A stretch of DNA of 52,102 bases, filler included, from Bipalium vagum (taxonomy: Eukaryota), in assembly GCA_037834085.1 (NCBI GenBank). It is 3 parts of 3 records of this genome, joined end to end, with 100 filler letters (N's around TTAATTAATTAA, not from the genome) between each part and the next. Parts side by side here need not be neighbours in the genome. Positions count along the whole stretch, not along the records: positions 1 to 17,459 come from JBBMKC010064573.1; positions 17,560 to 33,191 come from JBBMKC010154842.1; 1 more part is not named here. One strand, 5' to 3'. Position 1 is the stretch's first letter; every line of letters starts with the position of its first letter. The position numbers were made by a program, and so were the translations under genes. Of the stretch, positions 14,005 to 25,200 are shown one piece after another. The notes below the pieces were generated by a model. The model was not told the origin of the DNA, made no database searches, and was given only the letters and a program-made list of their open reading frames with translations.

Positions 14005-14319
14005 CGTCAAAATCAATTCTTCCATCCTTATCTGAATCGGCTTCGAAAATCATGGCCATAACATCTGAATCTGACACTGATTCACCCAAAGCGACCATTG
14101 TTCTCTTAATTTCATCAGAATCAATAAACCCATCGCCATTATGGTCGAATGCCTTTAATTAAAAGGTACAAATAACAATATATCAGTCGCATCTTAGAGT
14201 GACCTTGAAAGCATCGTAGATATCAGAATCTTCAGAATCACTTCCTTGATGATCAGATCTGAATTTAGAATAATGATGCATCATTACGACAAATTCGTTG
14301 AATTCCACAGTCCCATTTC
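14005..14319 (-). CDS. Calmodulin-like EF-hand protein, two internal exons (14319-14204 and 14152-14005); 5' exons and last exon not located
   Basis: Spliced: (G)NGTVEFNEFVVMMHHYSKFRSDHQGSDSEDSDIYDAFK|AFDHNGDGFIDSDEIKRTMVALGESVSDSDVMAMIFEADSDKDGRIDFD. EF loops DHNGDGFIDSDE and DSDKDGRIDFD(E). The 51-nt GT-AG intron contains an in-frame stop; both flanking introns are phase 1. Not in the ORF track. Confidence 0.92.
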
Positions 14320-15019
14320 CTGAAGTTAAAGAGAAATTACAAGCGGAATTATACAGATGAAATGAAAATCAATTTCAGGAATCTATGATATAAGTATGAA
14401 GAAAAATTAAATAAATAATGACGATAATATTCCTTAGACTCCAATAGAAATGATAAAGGAATGTTATATAATGTATAGACATTTCATTCTAACACCGGTT
14501 CAAAATTGAACTGAACCAACATTTTAAACTTTCAACTGGTCTTTTGATCTTTATTTCGAAGATATGTAAACATTTCCTCCACACCAGGTTTGAACAAAAT
14601 TAATGATTCAAAGTAATTTTTAAATGAATAAATAACGTATGTTTACCAAATATATATGAACCATTTTAGGGTAAACTAAATCTTTCTAATGTCTTTCTTT
14701 TGTATAGGATATGGAAATAAGAATCAAAAAAGATTTCACAAAATAAATGTTTTATATTCATGAAAGGAATACCTTAGACTTTTATTGTCATAATCAAGTA
14801 GTAATTAAATCAGTTTTAAGAAAGTATGCTTCATCACCAAGACCTGGACACGTCTAATATATATAACGTTACTGAAATAATACTTGATGTCCCATTTAGA
14901 GTTTTTTGAAATGTATTATTTAGAGTCTGAAGGCCGTCTAATCTGGTGATATTATATTTTCAAAGGCCTCAGAAAACCTCTAGCTCCTCATTTTAAAAGA
15001 TTGCTCTCGCATCGAATTA

Positions 15020-15927
15020 TTGGGTCGGCAAGAAAGTTATTGTAGTTTTACATAAAAATATTTAACTTCAATTTAAACGTATTAAAAAAATTATTGTTTG
15101 AATAATATTAAAAAATCGACAATGGATTCAAATTTCAATAGGTAAATTGATTTCGTAGATTACTTTATTGTTTTTTTATTTTTCAGCTTTAATATGAAAG
15201 ATCGGAACTCGAATTTGAGACAAATTTACTTTTCTGTTATTGGGGAGGAAAAAATACACCACAAGTTTACAAAAAAACTATCTGAAGCATATGATGAGAA
15301 TACATTAAAAGAAGGCCAATGTCGGAATTGACTTGAAAAATTTCAAAGTGGTGATTATTTAGTCAAAATCTGATCTTCTGCTATATGTCAATGACGACGA
15401 AATCAAAGACTTAATCAGTGATGTTTAAAGGAAGCTCAGCATATACAATTATTGAAAGCCATATCAAGCATATTGGCTACTTGAAAAAACTCTATTTATG
15501 GGATTTTGCCAAACTTAAGGAAAGTCAGCAAAAAACGCTTTGAAGTTTGTGATTTGATGATCAAATACAATAAAAATAGCGCATTTTGGAAATAATTGAT
15601 CATAGAGATGAAAAAAGAATTTATTACAATAATGTTCATTGAAAAATACCACAGTGCAAGTCAGAAAAGAGACAGCGCACATGTCGCTCAAGGGTGAAAA
15701 TCATCTAAGGAGAGCTATGGTATGATTTAAGTTAGGTTATCAAGAAAGTATATATTTAGAAATTTAGTCAAGTAGGCAAGGAATAAATTCAAATGTTTAG
15801 ACTTTTCAATTGACAAGAATACACACGAACGTCAAAGTATATTTGTTTTCATCATGATAATGCTAAAACACACATTTCTTAGACCAATTGTTCAAAATTA
15901 TTGAAACTCGGTTGGAATGTATTACCA
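15020..15927 (+). mobile_element. mariner (mellifera-like), 5' TIR plus decayed transposase, truncated at a retrotransposon fragment
   Basis: TA-TTGGGTCGGCAAGAAAGTT TIR; YDENTLKEGQCRN*LEKFQSGD; VFHHDNAKTH; LLKLGWNVLP. Confidence 0.82.
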
Positions 15928-16600
15928 CTGAGGTAAATCATTCGATTCAAAAAGGGTACGACAAATGGCTATCAAGTTATGCTTTTCGAGTCCATACCAT
16001 CATAACACAAATGGACAGGTAGAAAGACAATTCCGAACAATTAGGGATTGTTTGAACGTATCCAGCGAAGGGGACGAGACGGGAAAGTTAGACATCAGGC
16101 TACTGGAACGAGGCCAACGATGATGGTTTTCGGGAGAAGCATACGGAGAGAAAAGTAGGTAGGGACTGCAAACAAAGAGGAAAATCAAGACACAATGTCT
16201 AAAATGTATTCTTCTAACAGGCATTTCAAGATTGAAGATAAAGTCTTGGTAAAATTTGAATCGTGACAGAAAGACAGGAGAGGTATGAGGACCCATACGA
16301 GGTGAAGAAGAAGATACACGGATGACGCAGCGTATTGAAGGATAAACAAGGAAAGCAAATTGAACGCAATATAGAGAAGATGAAGAATTTTAAAGAAGGG
16401 GGATGTGTGGCAAATATTAATTAATTGTTTAAGAAAATAATTTACTGATTGGAATAATTAAATTATTTTTTAAAATGATTTGTTTATATAACTGATTTGT
16501 AATAAATTATACATTTTGAAAAGCGTCTCGATTTGTATTAATGGATATTAGTTTAGAAACTGTATCAGCGACTAACAAGGTTATTCCAGTACATGATACA
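15928..16600 (+). mobile_element. Ty3/Gypsy 3' end: integrase remnant, polypurine tract and probable 3' LTR
   Basis: PYHHNTNGQVERQFRTIRD (integrase core) and RYEDPYEV (GPY/F-like). PPT AAAGAAGGGGGA at 16392-16403 is followed directly by TGT at 16404; AATAAA at 16501; ACA end at ~16593 or 16600. Confidence 0.82.
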
Positions 16601-17149
16601 ACCGTGGATTATATTTTTTGTGAAGTATTTTGCAAATAACAAAAAATAACGCATAATACATAAAAACTGGAAATAAAAATAAATAACAAAATTTTATTGC
16701 TAATAGTGCACTTAACAATTAATTTTATGAAATACGCAAATGGTACGTATGGATTTTGTATTTATATCATATGAAAGCTACACAGACCAAATTTTCAACG
16801 GATGTATAAATTATTTCCATGGGAAAAATAATATTATTTATTTATATTATTTGATCCGTAAAATAACCATTCTAATTTGAAACATTTTCAAGTGGACTTT
16901 ATAATCGGTTAAGGTTGTTTTTGGTTCAATAATAAAATGGAGTATTTATAGACTTTTATTAATATTAATTTAAAAAATTGTTTTAATTAATTCATTAAAT
17001 AATTTTCTTTCGAATTCTCTCTAAAATATGATTGTTATTTTTTTTATTAAATATAATTTTATATTTGCATTAACACTGTCTCTAATGGATATTAATATTT
17101 TCTTTGGTAATGGTACATATAATTTTCATAAAATAATCATATAATACTA

Positions 17150-17459
17150 TATAATATGGTTGAATACTCAACATTCTCGGCAAAGGTCAACGTATTCATT
17201 GCGATGTCGACTTCCTTTCTTATTAGACCATATTTCTTTGAGGATAATGGCAATAGTCAGGCTATAAATTCGGAACGATATTTGGATATGCTTATTCACT
17301 ATCTTATTCCGAGTCTCAAATCAATGCCGAAATTTAACCGCTTAGTTTCCCAACAAGAAGGGGCTGCTCCTCATATTGCCAAAAACAAGCAAGAGTATTC
17401 TTGGAAAACACTTTCGGTTCTGGAAAAATAATTTCAAGAGGATTTCCTAACGAATGGCC
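17150..17459 (+). mobile_element. rosa/DD41D-like transposase fragment, cut by the gap
   Basis: SAKVNVF...IRPYFFE...INSERY...QQEGAAPH...IISRGFPNEWP matches the remembered IGPYFFE / QQDGAPPH / EWPPRSPD pattern. The third catalytic residue is lost in the gap. Confidence 0.7.
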
Positions 17460-17559
17460 NNNNNNNNNNNNNNNNNNNNNNNNNNNNNNNNNNNNNNNNN
17501 NNNTTAATTAATTAANNNNNNNNNNNNNNNNNNNNNNNNNNNNNNNNNNNNNNNNNNNN
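17460..17559. other. Assembly spacer: 44 N + TTAATTAATTAA + 44 N
   Basis: Exactly 100 nt; the palindromic 12-mer has stops in all six frames; identical to the second gap. Confidence 0.97.
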
Positions 17560-17706
17560 AATATTGCATATCTATATTCCCCCACGGCCTTAGGAGGATT
17601 TGGCATTACAACCGCGTATGATGAATATCATGTATGTAGTGTAATACAAGGATTCAGATTTTCACTAGCTTTGACGAAGATTTTTTTGAAAGACAATTTC
17701 TGGTAA
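17560..17706 (+). mobile_element. Non-LTR retrotransposon (NeSL/R2 group) post-RT fragment
   Basis: NIAYLYSPTALGGFGITTAYDEYHVCSVIQGFRF fits the YLYxPxxxGGLG motif that follows the RT in restriction-endonuclease-type non-LTR elements. Confidence 0.6.
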
Positions 17707-19272
17707 CGAATAGAGTTACAGAAGTTCAGAGGATCCGGCTATGAAATCCTTTCTCACCTATCATCGTAATTATGCGCCACCCTGATAATATGATAATAAG
17801 TTTTGAAATGGACATAAAATTTTTAGGTAATTCAATTTGTTAAAAATATTATTTTTTTATTTAGATTAACTTAAGAATTAATTATTATTAATTTTACTAA
17901 ATATTATTAATTATTTTCACAGTTTCTCAATTTATACATATGAGGATGCTAATCAGATCTGGGGAATTTTTAAATTATTTATTGTAATTATTTTAAAATA
18001 TTTAAAAAGTATATGTATGAATGAAATTTCAAAAGTAAACTTATTTTTAAAATTAAAAGAAAGAATTTCCAGGTATGAGAAAATTTTTTAAAATATTAAA
18101 TATTAAATATTAAATATTATGTTTTATGACTTTAAAAAGTTATTCAAAAAATGACTTGTAGTTTTCATTGTAAACTAATTGCTATTAACATGGCGACCAC
18201 ACTTAATAATTACATTAGATAATTAAAAATTTTCCATGTCTGATTAGCCTCCTCATAATACAAATGTCACATAAGACTATTGTGGTTAATATTTTAAAGT
18301 AAAGAAAGAAATCTGAGAATTGTTCGATAATTTTTAATGAATTTACCTTATTTTATTTATTAAATATTTCAATTACTTTCAAATTATTTTTACTGCATAT
18401 TTTATTAAGAGATAATTGGCTATTAACAATTTAATTTGTTAATTCAAAACTAAATAATGTAAATAATTAAACAATAAAATATATTATTAGAATAGGTAAC
18501 AAAATTCCATTTGAAGAAAAAATTAATTTTAAGACATTTTTAAACGTTTTTCTTCATATAAAAAGTAATTTTAATTTTTATTAATTTTTGATTTAGTGAA
18601 AACAAATTGCCACTTTTAATTAATGTTTTTCAGAAGATCATTTTATCAAAACAATTTTTATTTATGCATTGTCAGGCACGTCTTTAATTAAAGTCATTCA
18701 TACATAACAAAGAGAAATGTTTAATTATCATTTCAAAAGAAATTTAAAGAGAAATAAAATGAAACAGATCATTATTTTCTTCGATTTCACAAAAAGTATT
18801 AAATATAAAATTAAAAAATTGTTTAAATTACATTTGAATAATTAATTCAACATCGAAATTATGTTTGTCATTACTTTTGTCATTTCCCAGATTCAACTAT
18901 TAAATTGATCCAATCACAATATCATTTACTTTTATAAAATATTATACTAATTTTCTCCAATGATTTTTTTTGTAATTTATTTATGAATTCTCACTAATTA
19001 TATTAATATTTATTAAAAATTAAATGTATAAGAATAAGAGTTATTTTAAATTTTTGTCTTAAAAATTAAATTAGAAATGAATAGAATTCATAATTTCTAT
19101 AATTACTAAACTGTTCTGATCAGGTTCAATTTGATATTTAATAATCATATTTTATTTAATAATGTAAAAATTAGAAAGGAAAATCGACGTCAGTCATATT
19201 TAAATTTATTGATTATTTCGATTTAAAAAAAAATTATGAATAATTAATTATATTAATTAATTATAAAATATA

Positions 19273-22200
19273 ATGGGAAATAATCTGGTGAATGACAAGA
19301 AAAAAGATATGGTAAGACATATTACAAATCGAAAATTGATTTTTAACTAATTTTTTTGTTTTAACTATTATTTACAATTCTATCTTTTGTTTTATATTAT
19401 TAATTATTTAAACAGTTTTAGTACTGTGGAACCTCTTTTTTCGAGGACCGACAACATCTATAACGGATTTCTTCAAATTAACCTTGGAATGATTAATTTT
19501 TTTTAATTAATGTTTATGATTTCACAGTATCACAAATTGTTAGTACGTTATTGAAATTGAGTTTTTATTAGATAACCTCTTGTCATTTCTTATAATAACT
19601 TGGTCAATATTGAGGGTTCAAATGTATGTCAATATTAAAGTTTATTGTTGATTACATAATTAGTCTATTTTGGAAGTGTATTTGAATCTCATTCGATAAG
19701 CTGCAGTATTTTGTTTTTGTTTAACCATTAATTTAATCTCAAAGTAATATTAATTTTTATCTTTACCTTTGTAACTATATAGTATATTAAGTAAATTTAT
19801 TGACAGGGGTCTCTATTAAGGTGAAACTCTCCGCTAATTAAAAAAAATCACTATGTAACCTTAATTCCAAAAAAAATCGTATAACCTCGCTAAAACGATT
19901 TTTAAGGAACCAGCCGAAATCCTCGTTATATTGATGTTGTCGTTATAACCGAACTACATAAAAATATGAATTATTCGTTTCATAGTTTGTAAAATTTGTA
20001 CATAGTATTTAAATTATTTAACAGCAACAAAATAAACATTTATTTAAAATAATCAGTAATAGTTCTTTGAACCAATTGATCAGATCTACTAGTTAGCAGA
20101 TAATCCAACACATTATCAATGCCATGTAAAGCTTCGGAAGGAACATTAGCTCGAGATAGCAAAAATTGTTGAAGCTTATCAGCCATTTCAACAGCCACGC
20201 ATGATGATACTATTATTTTGTTAGATACTGAAGACATATTATCATCCCTTTCACTATTTTTATTTATGCCTATTGAAAGCCAAGAACCAACTGTTTCTAA
20301 ATTTACAGCCTCTTCTTCTCCAATAATAAGTTTCTGAGCAATACCATGTGGCCCTTTAAATCTCGTTATCCAATCTTTGCTAGCACAAAATTCGGTACGT
20401 TTTTACTTAGTCAGTTCGAGGCATTATTGAAGGAACCACGTATATTCTAAACTATTAGTAAAATACAGCGCTTTATATTTTAACATTGGTCCAGAAACTG
20501 GAAGATTTCGTAATCGTACATCTTAAAGCCATATCAGAAGTGCTTGTTCAACGTTTTCATCTTAGTATTGGATTGACAGTTTTCTTCGAAGGTATGGCTT
20601 GTCATTGCGCAGATCAACAATTCTATTTAAGTTAGAAAATGCAGAAATAGCCAAGAGGGCTCTTGCGTTCAAGGCCTTTATAGATGAAATTGATTTCTCT
20701 AAGTACCAGATCCATAATGCAATTGATGTTAAAGGAGCTTCGTCTATTTATGTTCCATCTACTGGCTATGAAAGTGCCAGAGTTACCTGTATTCCAGCAA
20801 TTCGCAAGGATGGAAGCAAGGTAGCACCTCTCATCAAGGCCAAAAGAAAGAAGGACAAAGTTGAAAATGTATCTGGAGTTTTGTTATTGAAACTGACAGT
20901 TGATGTTACGTAGCAGTCAGAGAGCTCTTCTAATATGGGACTCTGCCAGTACACATCGTGCAAAAGACATGAAGGTCTTCCTGTCTGAAAGAAGAGTTGA
21001 TCAGGTAATGATACCAGGTGGAATGACAACATACCTTCAAACACTAGACATTTCCATTAACAAGCCATTCAAAGATTATCTGTGTGTGGAAATCAATGAG
21101 TACATTGAACATCGGATGGAAAGAAATCAGTGTGGCAACTTTATTAAACCTAGTCTGCAAGAAGTCATTGGATGCGTCAAGACAGCCTGGAATAAAATCA
21201 CCAATGACACAGTTGCTCATACATTAATAGCAGGTTACTTGGATAACAATGTATCTTTTAAAGAAAGTTTCATAGCCAAACATGAAAGACTGGGGACATT
21301 AATACTTAACATGTAGATGTCACAGGAAAATTTTGGATGGATTCCAAGGTTTAAATCTGGAATCTTATGATGATGTTCCAGAGGATAATGACTGTATCTG
21401 ATTAAATATCATTATGAGATGTACGAGTATTCTTAAAATATAAGCCCTCCTTTGAAAATAAACCTTGGTGTGATTTTTCCTCAAAACTTTTTTATAAGAT
21501 TGGTCTTATTTTCGAAGAAACACGGTAAATATAATTTTAATTAGTATAATAGAAAGGGAATTTAAATCCAGTCTTAATTTATAGAGAATAATTTTTAATA
21601 TTATTTCATATGAGAAATGGTCAAGGAATTAATATGTTTTGTTAAGAATGAATCAAATGATGAATACTTGGATGACGAAAAGTTAATGGAGCTCCTTAAT
21701 CATTATTCATTGAATAATATGGATGAATACGACGATTCCGATACAATCCCTATACTATTTCAATGGCCTTACGGAGGTAGATCGGTTTACGTTAGTGGTT
21801 CATTTAATGATTGGAAAGAAAAAATAAAACTAAAACAAATGTTAGGCATTGATAATATTAATTTACGTTCAAACATAACTTTATTTAAAAACGTAAATAC
21901 TGTCATTTCAATTAGTGAGACAAATGTTAAGCACTAATATAAAAATGCCAATTTTTGTCTTTAAAATATTATTTATTTTTTTCTTTGAAATCAATACCTT
22001 AGCCTTTGTCAAAAGGTATTGTGAATGTCAAAATAGAATTTTAATCAACTTTGCGACACTCCTTTCATTGGTTTATTATTTTATTAGTATGTGTTATAAT
22101 ATCAATTGGCTTACCATCAACAGGACAAGACATTTTTAGAATAATTTTATTAAGTAATAAACAAATAATATTTATACAAATTTTCGCAAACCTGGAAATT

Positions 22201-25200
22201 CTTTTTTTATTAATTTTATAAATAAGTTTACTTTGAAAATTTCATAAGATCATATACTTTTTGCATACTTAATTTTAAAAATAATTACAATAGTTAAATA
22301 ATCTGGCTAGTCTCCTTATATTAAGGTAATACATTCTTTTCTTGAATGAATGCATTAATAAAATGTATAGTAATTATTACTAATAATACTTATATATATA
22401 CTTATTTTCAATAAAAATACACTATCCAAAAAAATTTAATTGAAAAAATAATATTATCAAATCTCTATGATCAAATTACATGAAATAGTAAATAAATTTA
22501 TATGGAAAACATTTAGAGATATCAATAGCGACTTATTTCACCACTAAAGATAATGCGATTTCATTCATCACTCTAATGTTGTTTTTCTTCACATTCTTGC
22601 GACTTTATGACTTGACATAAATAGTATATATCTTTTTAAACAGTATGAGTGCAGCTCAATACTACGCAAACTTCGATATGTAATACTGAAAGAGAACCTT
22701 TTTCTGAGATTAATTCTCCAATTTATATCTATTTATGTGGTCGGTATAAATCTGTCTCTATGACAAAATATATTTGTTAAAACAAGCTCAAGTTAATCAA
22801 TGTCACTTTACAAATTAAACTTTAGAAACCCCCACAATATCCGAGATTTACATTCAAAAAGAGATTTCAACGTTTCAGGCCTAGTTGACCAAAATGTCTG
22901 TTGTAATGACAGCCACAATTCATCAAGATTTTTACAATTATTTCTATTACATCGCTTATTGAGGGAAGTGAAGAAGCCAATATCGTTGATATTTAAATCT
23001 TGAGACTTTGCTGGCTGATTTATGACGGTATTACATGTACATAGAAAAATATTATCTCCGAAGTCATTGAAATTTTCAACATTTCTCTTTCTCACACGAG
23101 GGCGGGTATTATCCATTTGGATAGTAACATTCGGACACCACTGCATTTTTTTCAGAGATTGCTGACATAAATTCAGTAGTAAAAATTATCGGCTGTCATT
23201 GTGCAATCAACTTTGTATTTATCACCTTTGTTATGATTTTTGGAAGAATGCTGGGCCTTCATATCCTTTTCTATTCTCCAGATACCTATCAATATTAAAG
23301 CCATTTGTGATGTCAGGCTTAGCAATAGCTGACAGTATCATAATTCTCGGTGGATTACCTTTAAGCAGTAATGGCTGCTTTCTCCTCGGATTGTTTTCAT
23401 GATATCGTTCTCGACAGAATTGATATAATTTGAACCACTTTTCATATATGTTGACATAGGCATTCCATTGTCTACAGCATTTTAGTCTCTTCATTTTCTA
23501 ATTATCATTTACGAGAGGACAGGTTCTTCGGGAGATAAGTTTCATTCTTTCTGCCTTGATAATTCTGAAAATATTCGTTAAAAAATTGTCTCTTTAGACA
23601 GACAAGCAATACTACTGGATCATCGCTTGCGAATGGCTTCGACAACTCGTTGTCATTTCTCAACACAATCTTCCGAATTCCTTCTTCCAGATCCACTCTT
23701 TCGCTCCAGTGTACCTCTTGTTTTTTTCTTAAATCAGACCATAATCCTTATTGACATGAAATGTCTCGCATAAATACTCGATTGTATCATATTCTGGCTG
23801 GACCTTTCCCATTATCATTAAAATCCTCTCACAATGGATAAGAAATAATATTTTTGATCATTTGAAAGAACCATCAATTCTAAAATCAATTTAATACAGA
23901 TAAACAAGTAACAATGATTACCTATATTATGAAATGAAAAATCGAGTTTTTATGGAGTGGAGTAAGTATACATATATATTTTAATAATTTTAATTTTAAT
24001 TGTGATCTTTTTGGAGAATTCTTTAAAATAAACAACAAAAAACTCAATGAAGCTTAATAATAAAATATTAACCAAACTAAAATAAGAGAAATAATCACAC
24101 ATAATTAGTATCGTTGCGACTTCCCGAACCGTGTTTGATGGATTCCTTTTGATGATAGACACAATAACGTTTGGATCAATGTGAGATGGGCGTCCGGAGC
24201 GGAATGCATCATTCATGTCGATTTCTCAACCACTGAATTTGACTAACTATTTTTTGTATACTCGTATCGATAAAGCATCATCTCCTTATACTTTACATGT
24301 TTTTCTGTGTGCATTCGAGGCTCGCAAACCTTGTTAAAATTTAAAAAAATATTTATAAATAACAATATTCAACGTTTTCAAAATAAAACAATAAAATATG
24401 ACGAAAATACAATTTTTAATCTTGCATAATGATATTTTAATTATTGCACAAGACTATTATATTATTAAAACAACACATGAATAATTAATTTATGAAATTT
24501 ACTCTTAAATTTTGTTGCCTTTCGTAAATGGCTGCCAATTCGTTGCGAAACAAAATCGATTGGCTGTCCTGTAGTTTCGGATTGCTCAGTGGGTTTAGCG
24601 GCGTAATGTGGAGATACTGAGGAGAACCAAAAAACCCTTTCACTGCCCACTCACAAATTTACGGTGGAATGACATTTTGAACGTTCACTTGAATCGGACG
24701 CAACACCATGAACTGCAAGCTCATCGGAAAACCATCTACTGTAATTATGTGCATATTACCATCGATGCGCACGTTATACGGCCAACCGTTGATGATCAGT
24801 TTTCTTGTCCGGGACCGCCGAGAGTGGCAATATAGAATCTCGGATTGATCTTGATATGTGCCAGTCCATTAACAGATATTTCGAACGGAACATTGTCGAT
24901 AAGCAGCTCGAGATTTGGACTGTAGAATCGAACTGCGTGCAACTCATTATTAACGAAAATACACGGTTGAATTCGATCAAGGTGCAGATTGTATTTGGTT
25001 TCATCAACAGTGATGATTTACAAATTCCAATATATTAAAAAACGCATAAACTTTCTTGGACACCCAATAGAATTTCTCTAAATTGAAACTCTAAACAGTT
25101 CAGAATAAATAAATTGAAATAATATTTTTAATTTTTAAATAGTGTTTCAAATTCAATATCTTAGAATAGTTATTAAAATATAAAAACTAATTTCACCGAG

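Noticed and set aside
17504-17515. Palindrome TTAATTAATTAA as a biological site
   Set aside because: Centred in fixed-length N runs twice; an artificial linker.
21617-21937. 106-aa ORF as a standalone CBM48 protein
   Set aside because: It is exon 2 of AMPK-beta plus flanking intron sequence.
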